Shown here piece by piece: positions 12,165 through 24,149 of a stretch of DNA of 64,000 nt. The notes beneath the pieces are model-generated. The model saw nothing but the letters and a program-made list of their open reading frames with translations. It was not told the DNA's origin and searched no databases. A program made the translations under genes and the position numbers. The DNA comes from Eledone cirrhosa (taxonomy: Eukaryota). The stretch's first letter is position 1. Every line of letters begins with the position of its first letter. The stretch covers positions 111,228,001 to 111,292,000 of the forward strand of contig OZ024743.1 in NCBI GenBank assembly GCA_964016885.1, read 5' to 3'.

Positions 12165-13628
12165 TTGGTCGGCCTATACCTCCTCAATGAAATCCATAAA
12201 GACCTCCCTTACCTCAACGGTGGTTTGTACCGCGATGATGCACTTCTACTCATAGAATATAAAAAAATTAATATAGAAAGAACTAGAAAACAACTGCATA
12301 AGACATTCAAAAACTATAACCTTAGTATCACCATGGACAAAAACACTAAAAATGTTAACTTCCTAGACGCCACACTATACCTAGACTCAAAAATATATAC
12401 ACCTTTCCATAAGCCTAATGAGAAACTTATTTACGTAGATACCAAGTCTAATCACCCTAGATCAATATTAAACTCTATCTCTAAGGGGGTGTCCAATAGA
12501 ATCTCTAGTCTGTCCTATGACGCAAACATATTTAGCAAAAACTCACAATATTACAATCAAGCATTAGCTAGCTCCGGCCATAATATAGAAATTGAGTTCC
12601 TACCTAAGAAAACACATAGCTACAACATCATCTCGCACAACATGTCCATGAGGAAATCTAATAATAGGAATAGCAACCACAAGTACACCAAAGCGGAGGG
12701 TTCCACCGGAAGTAACCATTACCATGTAAACTACTGTGGGGCCTTAGGAGGAAGCAACACACCAAACATTAAAATCAAAAATAGAAGAAGAAATAATACA
12801 TTTTTCAACCCTCCTTTCAACCTAAATGTCTCCACCAACATACCTAGGGCTTTCTTCTCACTACTAGATAAAAACTTCCCTCTAGGACACAAGTACCACA
12901 ACCTCTTAAACAAAAACACCATTAAAATCTCATACTCTACGACGCCTAACTTAGCATACCACATAGCTAGCAGCAATAATAGTAAAATTAGTTCTTACTT
13001 CCAACAAACAAAATCACAACGGGATGCAAACCCTCTAAATACCACTGTAGCAAGCAACTATAGCAACGGCAGTAACAATAGAAATAACACTAGTATAAGT
13101 AATAACACCAGGGTTGTCAACCCGAACACCCAAAATCCTATATCCACCACACAGACTTCCGCATTGCATTATAACCAGCGGACTAACGCCCAGGATAATT
13201 GTAACTGTAGAGCTAATAGAACTTGCTCTTTAGATAAAAAATGCCTAACCAAGGATGTCATATACTCATGCACAGTCACGACTAATAACTCTTCAGAAAC
13301 CTATGTAGGCTCCACTTCTAACTGCTTCAAAATCAGATATAACTCGCACATCCACTCGTTCAAAAAGCACAGCCTAGCCAACTCCACCTCACTTTCTAGC
13401 TACATACACTATCTAAAATCTAAAAATAAACCATACACACTCAAATGGGAAGTGATAGGCAGCGCGACCTCGTACAAACCACCTAATAAATTCTGTAACC
13501 TCTGTATACTAGAGACACACAATATTATCTTCTCCAACCGTAACCTACTTAACAAAAAATCTGAGGTGTTTGCAACTTGCCAGCACCGCCTCAGACATTC
13601 CTTCCAAAACTTTAAGCCCTATATATAG
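12165..13628 (+). CDS. PLE polyprotein, N-terminally truncated: RT motifs 5-7, thumb, Cys-rich linker, GIY-YIG endonuclease
   Basis: LYRDD catalytic motif, VNFLDATL, SNHP, FNPPF, CNCR..C....C, VIY..YVGST (GIY-YIG), FKIRYNSH, CNLC..E..LLNKKSE..CQH; uninterrupted 487 codons; the start is a truncation junction, not a real initiator. Confidence 0.9.
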   Translation: MVGLYLLNEIHKDLPYLNGGLYRDDALLLIEYKKINIERTRKQLHKTFKNYNLSITMDKNTKNVNFLDATLYLDSKIYTPFHKPNEKLIYVDTKSNHPRSILNSISKGVSNRISSLSYDANIFSKNSQYYNQALASSGHNIEIEFLPKKTHSYNIISHNMSMRKSNNRNSNHKYTKAEGSTGSNHYHVNYCGALGGSNTPNIKIKNRRRNNTFFNPPFNLNVSTNIPRAFFSLLDKNFPLGHKYHNLLNKNTIKISYSTTPNLAYHIASSNNSKISSYFQQTKSQRDANPLNTTVASNYSNGSNNRNNTSISNNTRVVNPNTQNPISTTQTSALHYNQRTNAQDNCNCRANRTCSLDKKCLTKDVIYSCTVTTNNSSETYVGSTSNCFKIRYNSHIHSFKKHSLANSTSLSSYIHYLKSKNKPYTLKWEVIGSATSYKPPNKFCNLCILETHNIIFSNRNLLNKKSEVFATCQHRLRHSFQNFKPYI

Positions 13629-13830
13629 CAATGTCGGACTGGAACCTAACACCACATCTAGCATCAAACACCAGAGACACACCCTATACTACATACCCAA
13701 CACTAGCTGATCCACTATAACACAAACAACGACATCCCTCTGGAACCCTTCGCAGGGAAAATACCCATTTATACCTCTACGGCAGGTGTGACAACATCCA
13801 CCCACTTGAACGGCACTACACCGCTCTAAG

Positions 13831-14235
13831 GGTAATTTGAGCATGAATTGATCGGTTGGATGGTGTTGGGCAGAGGAAACACCCTCCTTAGACAGATGTA
13901 AAATGATTTAATCGAGTAGCGCTGTTGACCAGTATGACCGGGCTGCCGAGCGCAGTGAGTGAATGCAATGCAACTGCCGTGCGTGTTGTACGTATATGGA
14001 TGATCTGACAGTCAGAGAGGGGTCGCGAGGACTGCGGATTGACCTTTGGCCTGCCTGGGGACGATTATCTTTCGACATCCAATGTAGCAAGCGATGACCC
14101 AGATCTTACCAGAGATCATTGGGTCCTGAAGCAATCCTGCAATCACCGCGCCTGGTCATATGAGCAGACTACAACCACAGAGATCATTAATTTAGAATCC
14201 TCGCTCATCATCTATAATTTCCATTTGTAGCACCT
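13831..14235 (+). ncRNA. Putative large structured RNA domain in the PLE 3' UTR (unassigned)
   Basis: G-rich island in an A/C-rich UTR with nested helices: 13838-42/14203-07, 13916-26/14163-72, 13933-42/14151-60, 14034-41/14132-40, 14096-101/14120-25, and hairpin 13858-87. Confidence 0.4.
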
Positions 14236-15067
14236 TAAGATGGGTTAATCCACCATAATAATATGATCACCTTCAGCATAACTTAGTTAAACTACTCTAT
14301 AGTTAATACACTTTATGCTTTAAAAGTCTCTCTTGGAAGGTGCACTTCACCATAGAATTTAGGGTCTATATTGGGACACATTTTAATGGCTAGATATAGA
14401 AACCCCAGAGTTACCTCCCCGCATGCATTAACTCCCCTTAGCCACACACACACTTCCGGTATTCAATGGCGTTTCTCGAAACGTAACAACCTCCTGTATC
14501 GAACTAAAGAACACCAGACTACGATCTCTAACTGGATTGTCGTGGATTATGTGAAAGGCATATAATCGAAATATATACTCCCTTGACCATGAAAATGCCG
14601 AAGTACATGAATTACTTGACATCCCTGCGCTGTGCATCTCCAATACTTATAACACTTTTAATGCTTGCACTATCTTTAATGCTTATAATATTTCTCCACA
14701 CACAGACTATATCAATCATATAAAGATTTTGCCACCAGATCTACCAACCTAAACTCTTATTTCCCTACCTAAGTGCCTCTACCACACATATCTATCTGCC
14801 ACACTATATAAACAAGACGCACATGCGTGCCACACACATAACATTTGCACTATATAACCACTTATCTTCATGTTGTACTTTAACCTATATCTTTGATTTT
14901 TGATTGTACCTATTAATATAAATGTAATCTCGAAGTGTGTACTGCCACTCTAAATTCTGTAATGAATGTTGACCCACAATGTTTGAATATGTATCAATGT
15001 TTGAATATGTATTGGTATGTCTCTCGGCTGAAAAGGAGGTCATATAACTGTCCATGCATTAATAAAT

Positions 15068-15114
15068 TGCTCCGAAGAATCCAAACCTCGGTTTGGAGGA
15101 AACAGCTGTAAGCA
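15068..15114 (+). ncRNA. Minimal type-I hammerhead ribozyme, U4C core variant, GUA cleavage triplet
   Basis: ugcu CCGAAGA a uccaaac-cucg-guuugga g GAAA cagcug UA agca; self-complementary stem III (ACAGCUGU) typical of PLE dimeric hammerheads. Confidence 0.7.
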
Positions 15115-15318
15115 CAATAATGTTTTGAACAGTTCTTTGATTCTTATATTTCATATAACTGCTCTGTAAATCATCTGATGTTTTTACATTGAGCTACTTA
15201 ACTTACTGGTAATAAGGTAGTAATACATTACTGCCTACCACTATTTAGGGTGTGTGTAAAATACTTACAACTGCTTAAGGTTTTGTATTTACATAACCAT
15301 AAATAGTATAACTAATAC

Positions 15319-15464
<146 letters not shown>

Positions 15465-15796
15465 TATACATATATATAATATGCCTGTAAATAACATTAT
15501 TCTTTCTGCACCATTTCTTTAAAATGTGCAACACCACCATTCCACAGCAATACATGTCACTGTCATTTGATAATGCATAAAAATGCTGAAACCGGTATAA
15601 GACAATTATTAAATATATAAATAGATAAATAAATGCCATTGTTAATTAATAAATAAATCAACTAATATCTTAACACTTCACACAAATTAAAACATTTCGG
15701 TTTAATCATTTTCTAACCCCGAAAAAAGAGAGAAAGAGATAAAAAAAGGAAAAACAAATATATTTTTCTTCCTAATAATCGTCTCTTTCTCCCTGT

Positions 15797-15849
<53 letters not shown>

Positions 15850-15862
15850 TATAGATACGTAC

Positions 15863-16388
15863 ATGATGACTGTGCCCTCGTTGTCGAGTATGGTCATTGC
15901 ACGATATACCATTATTAATAATTATTAATTAATTCTATCATGCAATGCCTCTGCGTGAAGATATTTTTTAAAGTGAGGAAAGACTATGCACTGAGCCAAT
16001 CCCATCCTCTGAGCGACACTAGCTATAACCAGAAAAGTACAAAAGATCGACATCATCGGTAACTACTGAGCCGCAGGTTTTATATCCGAGTTATCCCAGT
16101 TTCTTGAGTTGTTTTTCCTAGAATAATACCCTTTCAAATACTACGCGTCCTTCACTCTCAGTGGTTTAACCGCGCGGTACATATTTATACACTTGCGGAT
16201 GGCCGTTGACTCTTAAAAGTTCTTCCGCCCTTTGTCAAGTTTTGTTTTTTGTCCTGCAGGGTGTCCAAAATCACCCTCCTCAACAAGTAAACTTGGTGGG
16301 GTTGCCGGTTTAGTTGCCGACGACTCGACCATTCCGACAGGTTATACTTGGTTACATGTTACCAGTAGCACTCAGGAGTGACCCGTCA
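15863..16388 (-). mobile_element. Full copy of ~530-bp repeat family X
   Basis: Reverse complement of 47598-48133 over its whole length. Confidence 0.85.
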
Positions 16389-16879
16389 TATATACATACA
16401 TACACACATACATACAATGGCGACTGTTGTGGTCAGTGTCCGATAATCGGACGTGTGTAATTACGGCTTACATGAAGGCAACATACCATATATTCGAAAA
16501 AGTTGAGCTACATTACGCGGTAAGATTACATACAATAATTCTACATAAGTATTTCAACTGTGTGTTGTAAAATACCTATTTATATTAATAATACATAAGC
16601 TTTAACATATAAATACAGCGTTGTTATATTATATTACAATAATAAAGAAATATACTAAGTAACGGTTTTTTGTTGTTTTTGTTTTGTTTTTGTTCTCGAT
16701 TCAAACGATTCAAAAACAACATTTAAAACACAGTTGTAGAACATAAAAACAAACTGAAAAGAAATATTACCCGAGCTGTGAATAACTTTAAATTTGATTC
16801 TGACAGAACTTTGTCGAAACTTTTAAAGAAGATCATCGACTATTTTGAAAAATAAATACAAGATATTAGTGAATAGACG

Positions 16880-19800
16880 AACTCATCATGGCACAACGTA
16901 TGTCACCTCCGACCAAATCTCAACTACAACCATTGTATACAGTGGAACTATGAGCTTAATAAAGAATTATATGAAGCATACAAACAATCTGAACCCAAAA
17001 AGTTCGGTTTTATGCAAAAGCTAAAAACTTTATGGAACTCCAGACAGCCAGAATTATACTTTTCTCCAAAGCATTTAAATGAACAGGCAAAACGTATCAT
17101 TAGATGTAAATTGATACATCTAACGGAATTGATTGATACTACAAATACAGCCCTTGTAGACAACCACTCTACTTCCACTGACAGACAAAGAGAATGTCCA
17201 GCTAAATCTAACAGTGAACAGCTCACCAACAATTTTGCAGAAATCCATCCCACTTCCCCTAAAGAACAGCGAGAATGGTCAGCTAACTCTAGTAATAATT
17301 GTCACCACATCAACGACGAGGCTGAAATTCATGACTCTACTGTACAAACAGAACACCAAAAACATGTGGACACCTTACAACTGATATGGGATGATATGTT
17401 TCAAGAGAGACACAGGCTTAATGTGAGTGACAGATGACAGACCATACAACACCAGAATCAGTAAAGAACCCACTAAATTGGAATTGGAAGCGGTGAACGA
17501 AATAGCTGACAACTATCTGAAGGCTATACGATCTAAATGTGTAGAAAAGACATTTGAAATACTTAACATTGTGTTATATGTTTCAGCTGTCTCATTGCTA
17601 TGATATAAAAAAACATCTAAAACCAAGCAATCAAGATACAAACAAAAAGCCTGAACCAGCGTGGATGCGAAATTTAAAAAGCAAAATGTTGTTCCTGAGA
17701 CGAAGTATCTCACACATCGCAGTCATCATGAAATGCAACACAGAGAGCAACTTCATACGACACCAGGAAGACGTAAAAAACATTAGAGAGACGATTTGGA
17801 GATACAACATTTAAAACTTTAAACTCCAAATTACACCAGTTGAAACAACAACTCACAGCTACAACAGAAAGACTAAAATATAAGTCAACGACATAAACGA
17901 CAAGTGCTAAATAGATTGTTTGCCAGAGATCCTAAATCAGTGTATCGCAGCTTCGGTGGCAAAAGCTCAATCTCTGTAAATGACCCCCCTTCAAAAGAAC
18001 AGGTTGAGAGCTACAGGATATCTGTATGGGAAACGGATGACGATTTCAACAAACAAACTAAATGGCTAAAAGAACTGGAACAGGGCTACTGCCAACATGT
18101 CCAGACAAACCAATATGACATAGATGGGTCAATACTGGAAACAGCTCTACAGAAAATGTCGAATAGGAAATCACCAGGCCCAGACACCATCACAGGATAC
18201 TGGTTGAAGAATTTCACTTTCTATCGGCAAGATCTCATACGGCTGTTTACAGAAACCATTAAAGGCACACAAGAACTGCTCAGATGGTTATCAACTGCCG
18301 CTACTCTCTTCATTCCCCCAAATAGCCAAACCATCCTTGCTAAAAAGTACCGGCCAATAGCCTGCCAAAACATCATATATAAATTATATACTGGGTGCCT
18401 TAACTTGTTCTTACATGATCACTGTGCTACCAACAACATTATAACATTATAACACCTGAGCAAGCTGGTGGAAAGAGGGATGTGTGGGGTTGCATAGATC
18501 ACATACTAACTAAGAAAAAACAACAAAGAATCGCAGAAACATGACTGTGGTGTGGCTGGACTATCAGAAAGCATTTGATAGTGTACCTCATGGGTTGATT
18601 GTTAAAGCTTTACAGCCAGCCAAAGTCCCACAACCACTGGTAGCTGCTGTTGAACGTCTGACTAAGAACTGGTACACCAATTTGATCCTTAGAGGTGAGA
18701 AGGAGCAAGTTAAAACTGATAACATACATTACCAGAAGGGCATCTTTCAGGGTGAAAGCTTGTCAGTGCCGCTCTTCGTTCTCTCACTAAATCCACTATC
18801 TTACCCACTCAGGAAACAAGGTGGACAAAGAAGTGGGTCCAGAAGTATCTCCCATCTTTTCTTTGTTGATGACCTGAAGTTGTATGGGCCAAATATCAAT
18901 GACATCAAAAACAACTGGACCTCATTACACAATTTTCAACAGACATCAAAATGAAATTTGGTGAGTCCAAGTGTGCATATTTGGCAGTAAAACATGGAAG
19001 AGCTGTGAACTCCTCTAGAAATCTAGAGATGAACAGCCTGACAATACAACCTCTACAGTCAGATGACAACTACAGATTTCTTGGACATGATGAGAATGTC
19101 AGATATGACGGACCCGTAAATAAGGAGAGAACCAGAACTGAATACCTCAGAAGAGTAAAGAAAATATGGTCATCAGAACTGTTAGCGTACAACGAATACA
19201 TCACCCACAATACTTATGCTGTGCCAATTCTAACGCCAACATTTGGCCTGCTGAACTGGCCATTGCAAGAACTAAGTGAGATGGATGTTAGAACTCGCAA
19301 ACTTCTCAGTGTTACTGGGAACTTTAACATGAATGGTGATGTGGATAGGCTATACTTCTCACGCAAGGAAAGTGGCCGGGGTCTAAAATCCATATTAACA
19401 TCATATGAGACAGTGAGGCAACATCTTCAACAGAGAAAAAAGGTTGGCAACCATCTTGCCCAGGTTTATGACCATGAAGGAAAAGATATCATTAGGATAG
19501 CCACTGAACTGGAGGAGAGAGGTGGAATAAAGCCAGATATAAATCTCTCACCCAGAGAAATCGGATGATCCTATTCAATGTTCAAGTACGATGAAAAAAT
19601 TGACCAATTTACAGAAAAAGTTGTGCATCGATACTTGAGACGTAAAACATAGATCATAGAGGGAATAAACCACTCAAAAAGCCTCGCATGGAGGACCGAC
19701 ACGTTTATGACATCACACTTTGAGGGATATCTCTATGCAATACAGGAACAACAACTCCCTACCAAATATCTGCTGCACAAAAGTGAAGGGCCACCAGCTG

Positions 19801-20640
19801 ACAATAAATGTAGGCTATGTAAAAAAAAGATCGAAGATGTAAGCCACATTGTTGCCAGCTGCGAAAGAATGTCATCTCTCTACTACCTCTCCATGAGACA
19901 CGATGGGATAGCTAGAACCATCAGGAACGCACTTCGGAAAACAAAATTAACAAAAAACGAGGAAGAATATATTGAGACAGATGGCACTAAGGAATACTGG
20001 TAGAATCTGAAAATAAAAACTGCCACCAAATTAAAGCACAACCGGCCTGATATTTGTTGTTTGGGACCACACATTGAAAACGTGTTCTGCTGTGGAGATC
20101 AGCTACTCACTTGGTGTAAACGTTGTCAGAACAATACAGGAGAAGGAGGACATTTACGAACCATTGATGAGGAGTTTACAAATCCAGTATCCAAGATACA
20201 CCTTTATCTTCATTAACATCGTTATTGGAGCTACGAGATGGCAGTATCGGTAGAGGGTCGGACGCCATGCTTTCCAGCATAGTTACGTCCCTTTACGATC
20301 TGAGTTCAAATCCCGCCGAGGTTGACTTGCCTTTCATCCCTACGGGGTCGATAAAATAAAGTACCAGTAATGCACTGGGTAATTGCTGGCCTTGTGCCTA
20401 ACGTAGAAACAATTATTGGAGCTACGGGTTATATACCGACCCGCTTGGACCAATGTATAGCTGAACTTGGATTTGCGGACAAAAGAGCGCAGCTCCCTAA
20501 TTCATAGTCTAAAAATGGCACCCTCAAAATTTGCAAAACATTCTTGCGATCCAAGGGATGACAATTTCTTTTCTTTTACAACCTTGCCACCAGGAAGGTG
20601 GCCAGTCAAAAAATATACCCGAAATTAAGAGAATGAGATA

Positions 20641-20662
<22 letters not shown>
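16880..20662 (+). mobile_element. Near full-length, frameshifted RLE-type non-LTR retrotransposon (R4/Dong-like)
   Basis: Consecutive ORF pieces: KSPGPD, YRPIACQN, WLDYQKAFDSVPH, GIFQGESLS, SHLFFVDDLKLY, GRGLKS, zinc knuckle CRLC..EDVSHIVASC, RHD, KHNRPD; ends in (TACA)n tail. Confidence 0.9.
20236..20412 (+). mobile_element. tRNA-derived SINE inserted in the LINE with a 14-bp TSD
   Basis: A box TGGCAGTATCGG, B box GAGTTCAAATCC; TSD TTATTGGAGCTACG at 20222-35 and 20413-26. Confidence 0.92.
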
Positions 20663-20724
<62 letters not shown>

Positions 20725-20729
<5 letters not shown>

Positions 20730-21425
20730 CCACATATTCCTGAGAGGTGTTAGGGCAGAGTCCTAGAGCACTTCTTCCAGTGGGTCCTGTAAGCAGCAAC
20801 CGTCTTAAAATGATCCGACCGGATCCCTCGCCCTGACCAGTCAAACTCATGGATGTCATCCAACCATATTTCTCGGAGTCTACACTTGTGGATCCTGTCG
20901 GCTGGTTTTGCTCGTAAAATTTATCTACCAACATTTTGCTGCGACATTCTAACCACATGCCCATAGTATCTCTCCATCCGGCAAAGTACCATTTTTACTT
21001 TGAACAAAATTTTGCTCTGCGAGCTACGCACTCTATCGAGTAACGTTACTTCCAAACCCATTTCGGTCATTACCCAATATTCATGATCATAGATAAAGGT
21101 AGGGAAGTGTAGCGAATTGAAAATAGCGAATTTGGTTTTTACACCTAGATCAATTCTTCTGATTAAAGAATAGTAAAGCTTGTGCGTTAATGCACCAGCT
21201 CTTGCAATTCTTGTACTTAATTCAGCCTCCTCCTTTCCATCACTCAGGAACATTTCTACCTGCTTCAGCGGAACTCCATTTACCGGTAGAGTGCAGCCCA
21301 TAAGCTTCCATTTGAGGACGCGCCTCTCAATTTTTGCATCACAGATATTCATTCTAGTCGTGTAGCATTCTACATCAAACCTATCGAGTGTAAGTTAGAA
21401 ATCACTTTCTGTCGAGTTGAGTAGC
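20725..21425 (-). mobile_element. RTE-like LINE 3' fragment (post-RT region)
   Basis: VNGVPLKQVEMF..ELSTRIARA..KTKFAIFNSLHFPTFIYDHEYWVMTE..LLDRVRS..YYGHVVRM. Confidence 0.75.
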
Positions 21426-21697
21426 ACCGGTTCGACTGATTTTTACACACGACAATAATAATAATAATACTTGCTACTCGTCTGCGCAGGTCAATCGTGA
21501 TCTTGTAAATGATGAACAAGATCAGTGAAAGTACGCGCCATTCACAATGTCCAACTCCAACATTAAATGGTTTCTATTTAGCCCCATTTATGCGAACACA
21601 ATAGTTACTCATATATATATCAGGTCAGTAAGGAGTTAATGTTTGGACTTAATCTTCTTCAGAATTTTCCAGAGCAGGACCTGACGAAGTTCATGCG

Positions 21698-21834
<137 letters not shown>

Positions 21835-21890
21835 CGGTGATGAATTAGTTTTGCGAGGTTTTTTTATATGAAATCGTGTGTTAAAACAAC

Positions 21891-22264
21891 TATTGTTATA
21901 CTTGGGGAGGGTCATATTTGTGTAGTATTGCCAGAATTAATAACAGAATACACTCACTGTTTGGTTGGTTTTCGCTTCTCGCTTCTGTATATTTTATATC
22001 GGTAAACTAACTTACTCGGTCCTCAATGTTGCCATTGACTGACCGACGGTCAAAAATAATACATATACAATATAGACACAAACACATATATACAGTTTAT
22101 CATAAATCTTTCGTTGCACATCTGCAACATCGTCAGTGGTGCTATATTTTCCTCCTGTTGTATTGTATGTCTACGCCATTTTTATTAAGTGTTTATATAT
22201 TTATTTATAGTGAGTGTGTTCTGTTATTAATTCTGGCAATATTACACAAATATGATCCAAGTAT

Positions 22265-22268
<4 letters not shown>
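21891..22268. repeat. Element with ~65-bp imperfect terminal inverted repeats
   Basis: TTATACTTGG..TCATATTTGTGTAGTATTGCCAGAATTAATAACAGAATACACTCACT vs AGTGAGTGTGTTCTGTTATTAATTCTGGCAATATTACACAAATATGATCCAAGTATAA. Confidence 0.8.
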
Positions 22269-22304
<36 letters not shown>

Positions 22305-22307
22305 CTT

Positions 22308-22710
22308 ATGTCAGGTCACCAGTTGTAGCTACTGGTAACATGTATCCCAGTACAACCTGCCCCATGTTCGGGTCATTGGCGACTAAACTGGCAACCCCAC
22401 CAAGTTTTCTTGGTGAGGAGGGTGACTTTGGACATCCTGCAGGACTAAAAACAAAACCTGTCAAAGGGCAAAGGAGCTGTTAAGAGTCAATGGCCATCCA
22501 AAATCACCGGGAGAGAAGACCACTTAGCATTTGACAAGGTAGAATTCTAGGAGAAGGAAAACTCTGATATAACACCTGCAACCCTGATGGTATCCGATGA
22601 TGTTGACTTGTTCTTCTTTTTGGTAAATATCACCTTGTTTAAGAGAGTGGGACTGGCTTTGTGCAGTGCCTTTGGTCACTATAAAAGCTTCTCGGCACAG
22701 TCATTGCTTT
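22308..22710 (+). mobile_element. Diverged partial copy of repeat family X
   Basis: GCTACTGGTAACATGTA..GGCGACTAAACTGGCAACCCCACC..GTGAGGAGGGTGA..CCTGCAGGAC shared with the 47598 copy. Confidence 0.75.
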
Positions 22711-22935
22711 ATATATGGAGATCTCTCTGCACTTGTCATCACATGGTACCATGGGTCCAGGACCATGTGTCAATAATTGTCACTAGTGTAGTGTTTGTAC
22801 CAGAGTTTTCAAGTCGCTGGCTAGACTAAAAAGTCACACTTGTTCAGCGCATCGATAGGGGTTCTCCTACACGGATATAAAGTAGTGGCCGTACTCGAAA
22901 ACGAGTTGGCAGCCACCATATATATATATGTATAT

Positions 22936-22980
22936 GTGTGTGTGTGTGCGTGTGTGAGGATGTGTGTGTGTGTGTATACG

Positions 22981-23026
<46 letters not shown>

Positions 23027-23069
23027 CGTATACACACACACACACATCCTCACACACGCACACACACAC
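22936..23069. repeat. Palindromic compound microsatellite
   Basis: GTGTGCGTGTGTGAGGATGTGTG..TATACG / CGTATA..CACACATCCTCACACACGCACAC, with the interruptions mirrored. Confidence 0.85.
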
Positions 23070-23170
23070 TGTTTCTCGACCGTTATATCGCGTGACTATC
23101 TCCCCCTCCGCCTTTTGGGATTCTTTCTCACGTCGTGTAGACGCGTTCTTGAGACTAGTAAAATGAGGTA

Positions 23171-23258
23171 TCCTCTTGATAAGTTGGCAGACCTCGCAAG
23201 GACTCTATATCTTTGATATATTGTTTTTGTTTATGCCACGAAACTACGTAGTCGAGGA
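23171..23258 (+). ncRNA. Type-I hammerhead ribozyme, U3-A8 core, extended stem II
   Basis: uccuc UUGAUAA g(u)uggca..ugcca c GAAA cuacguag UC gagga; stem I UCCUC/GAGGA, palindromic stem III, GUC site. Confidence 0.65.
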
Positions 23259-23761
23259 ATTTAGGAACAGTTTAGGTATGATACATTTTATTACTAATTA
23301 TATCTAAATGTTTCTTCTCTCTTCATAATGTATTTTTAACTCTGATACTGGTTCAGTCTGGTTCAAACTGAATTGGTCTGTCCCAGTCATTCATTGAGCA
23401 ACATCGGTGAAGTTGGCACCCTTAACTCACAGTTGGGTGCGGATGCATTCATGTATATATGTGTGTGTCCGCATGTATCTGTGTGTTTTTAAATATATTA
23501 ATAACTCCCTCTGGTCGAGCAATCTTTGAAGTGTGGGGACAACTGGAAAGCTTCCATTACTCATACTTCTCGCCTTCTTCACTACCTCTTCTACGGCCTC
23601 GATATGAATACCCCCTCCGCCTCCGTGGTATTTTCTTCGTGGTTATAAGAGGCTTAGCTCTGTTTCTCGACCGTTATATCGCGTGACTATCTCCCCCTCC
23701 GCCTTTTGGGATTCTTTCTCACGTCGTGTAGACGCGTTCTTGAGACTAGTAAAATGAGGTA

Positions 23762-23849
23762 TCCTCTTGATAAGTTGGCAGACCTCGCAAGGACTCTATA
23801 TCTTTGATATATTGTTTTTGTTTATGCCACGAAACTACGTAGTCGAGGA
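23762..23849 (+). ncRNA. Type-I hammerhead ribozyme, second tandem copy
   Basis: Identical to 23171-23258. Confidence 0.65.
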
Positions 23850-24080
23850 ATTTAGGAACAGTTTAGGTATGATACATTTTATTACTAATTATATCTAAAT
23901 GTTTCTTCTCTCTTCATAATGTATTTTTAACTCTGATACTGGTTCAGTCTGGTTCAAACTGAATTGGTCTGTCCCAGTCATTCATTGAGCAACATCGGTG
24001 AAGTTGGCACCCTTAACTCACAGTTGGGTGCGGATGCATTCATGTATATATGTGTGTGTCCGCATGTATCTGTGTGTTTT

Positions 24081-24132
<52 letters not shown>

Positions 24133-24149
24133 CACATATATATCTTTTT

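Larger units (their letters stand above)
23069..24089 (+). repeat. Tandem duplication, 591-bp period (430-bp apparently identical copies 23069-23498 and 23660-24089), each copy with a hammerhead
   Basis: Direct sequence identity at offset 591. Confidence 0.92.

Noticed and set aside
13995-14175. RNase P or group I intron identity for the structured domain (GGATGATCTGAC, CAGACTAC)
   Set aside because: Only partial motif matches; P4 and P7 partners do not pair properly
11803-14643. Identical small ORFs on opposite strands (64 and 71 aa)
   Set aside because: By-products of the inverted repeat in the non-coding UTR
21480-21697. Possible PLE C-terminus (ES..PTLN) and truncated CTGACGA core
   Set aside because: Too short and degenerate to call
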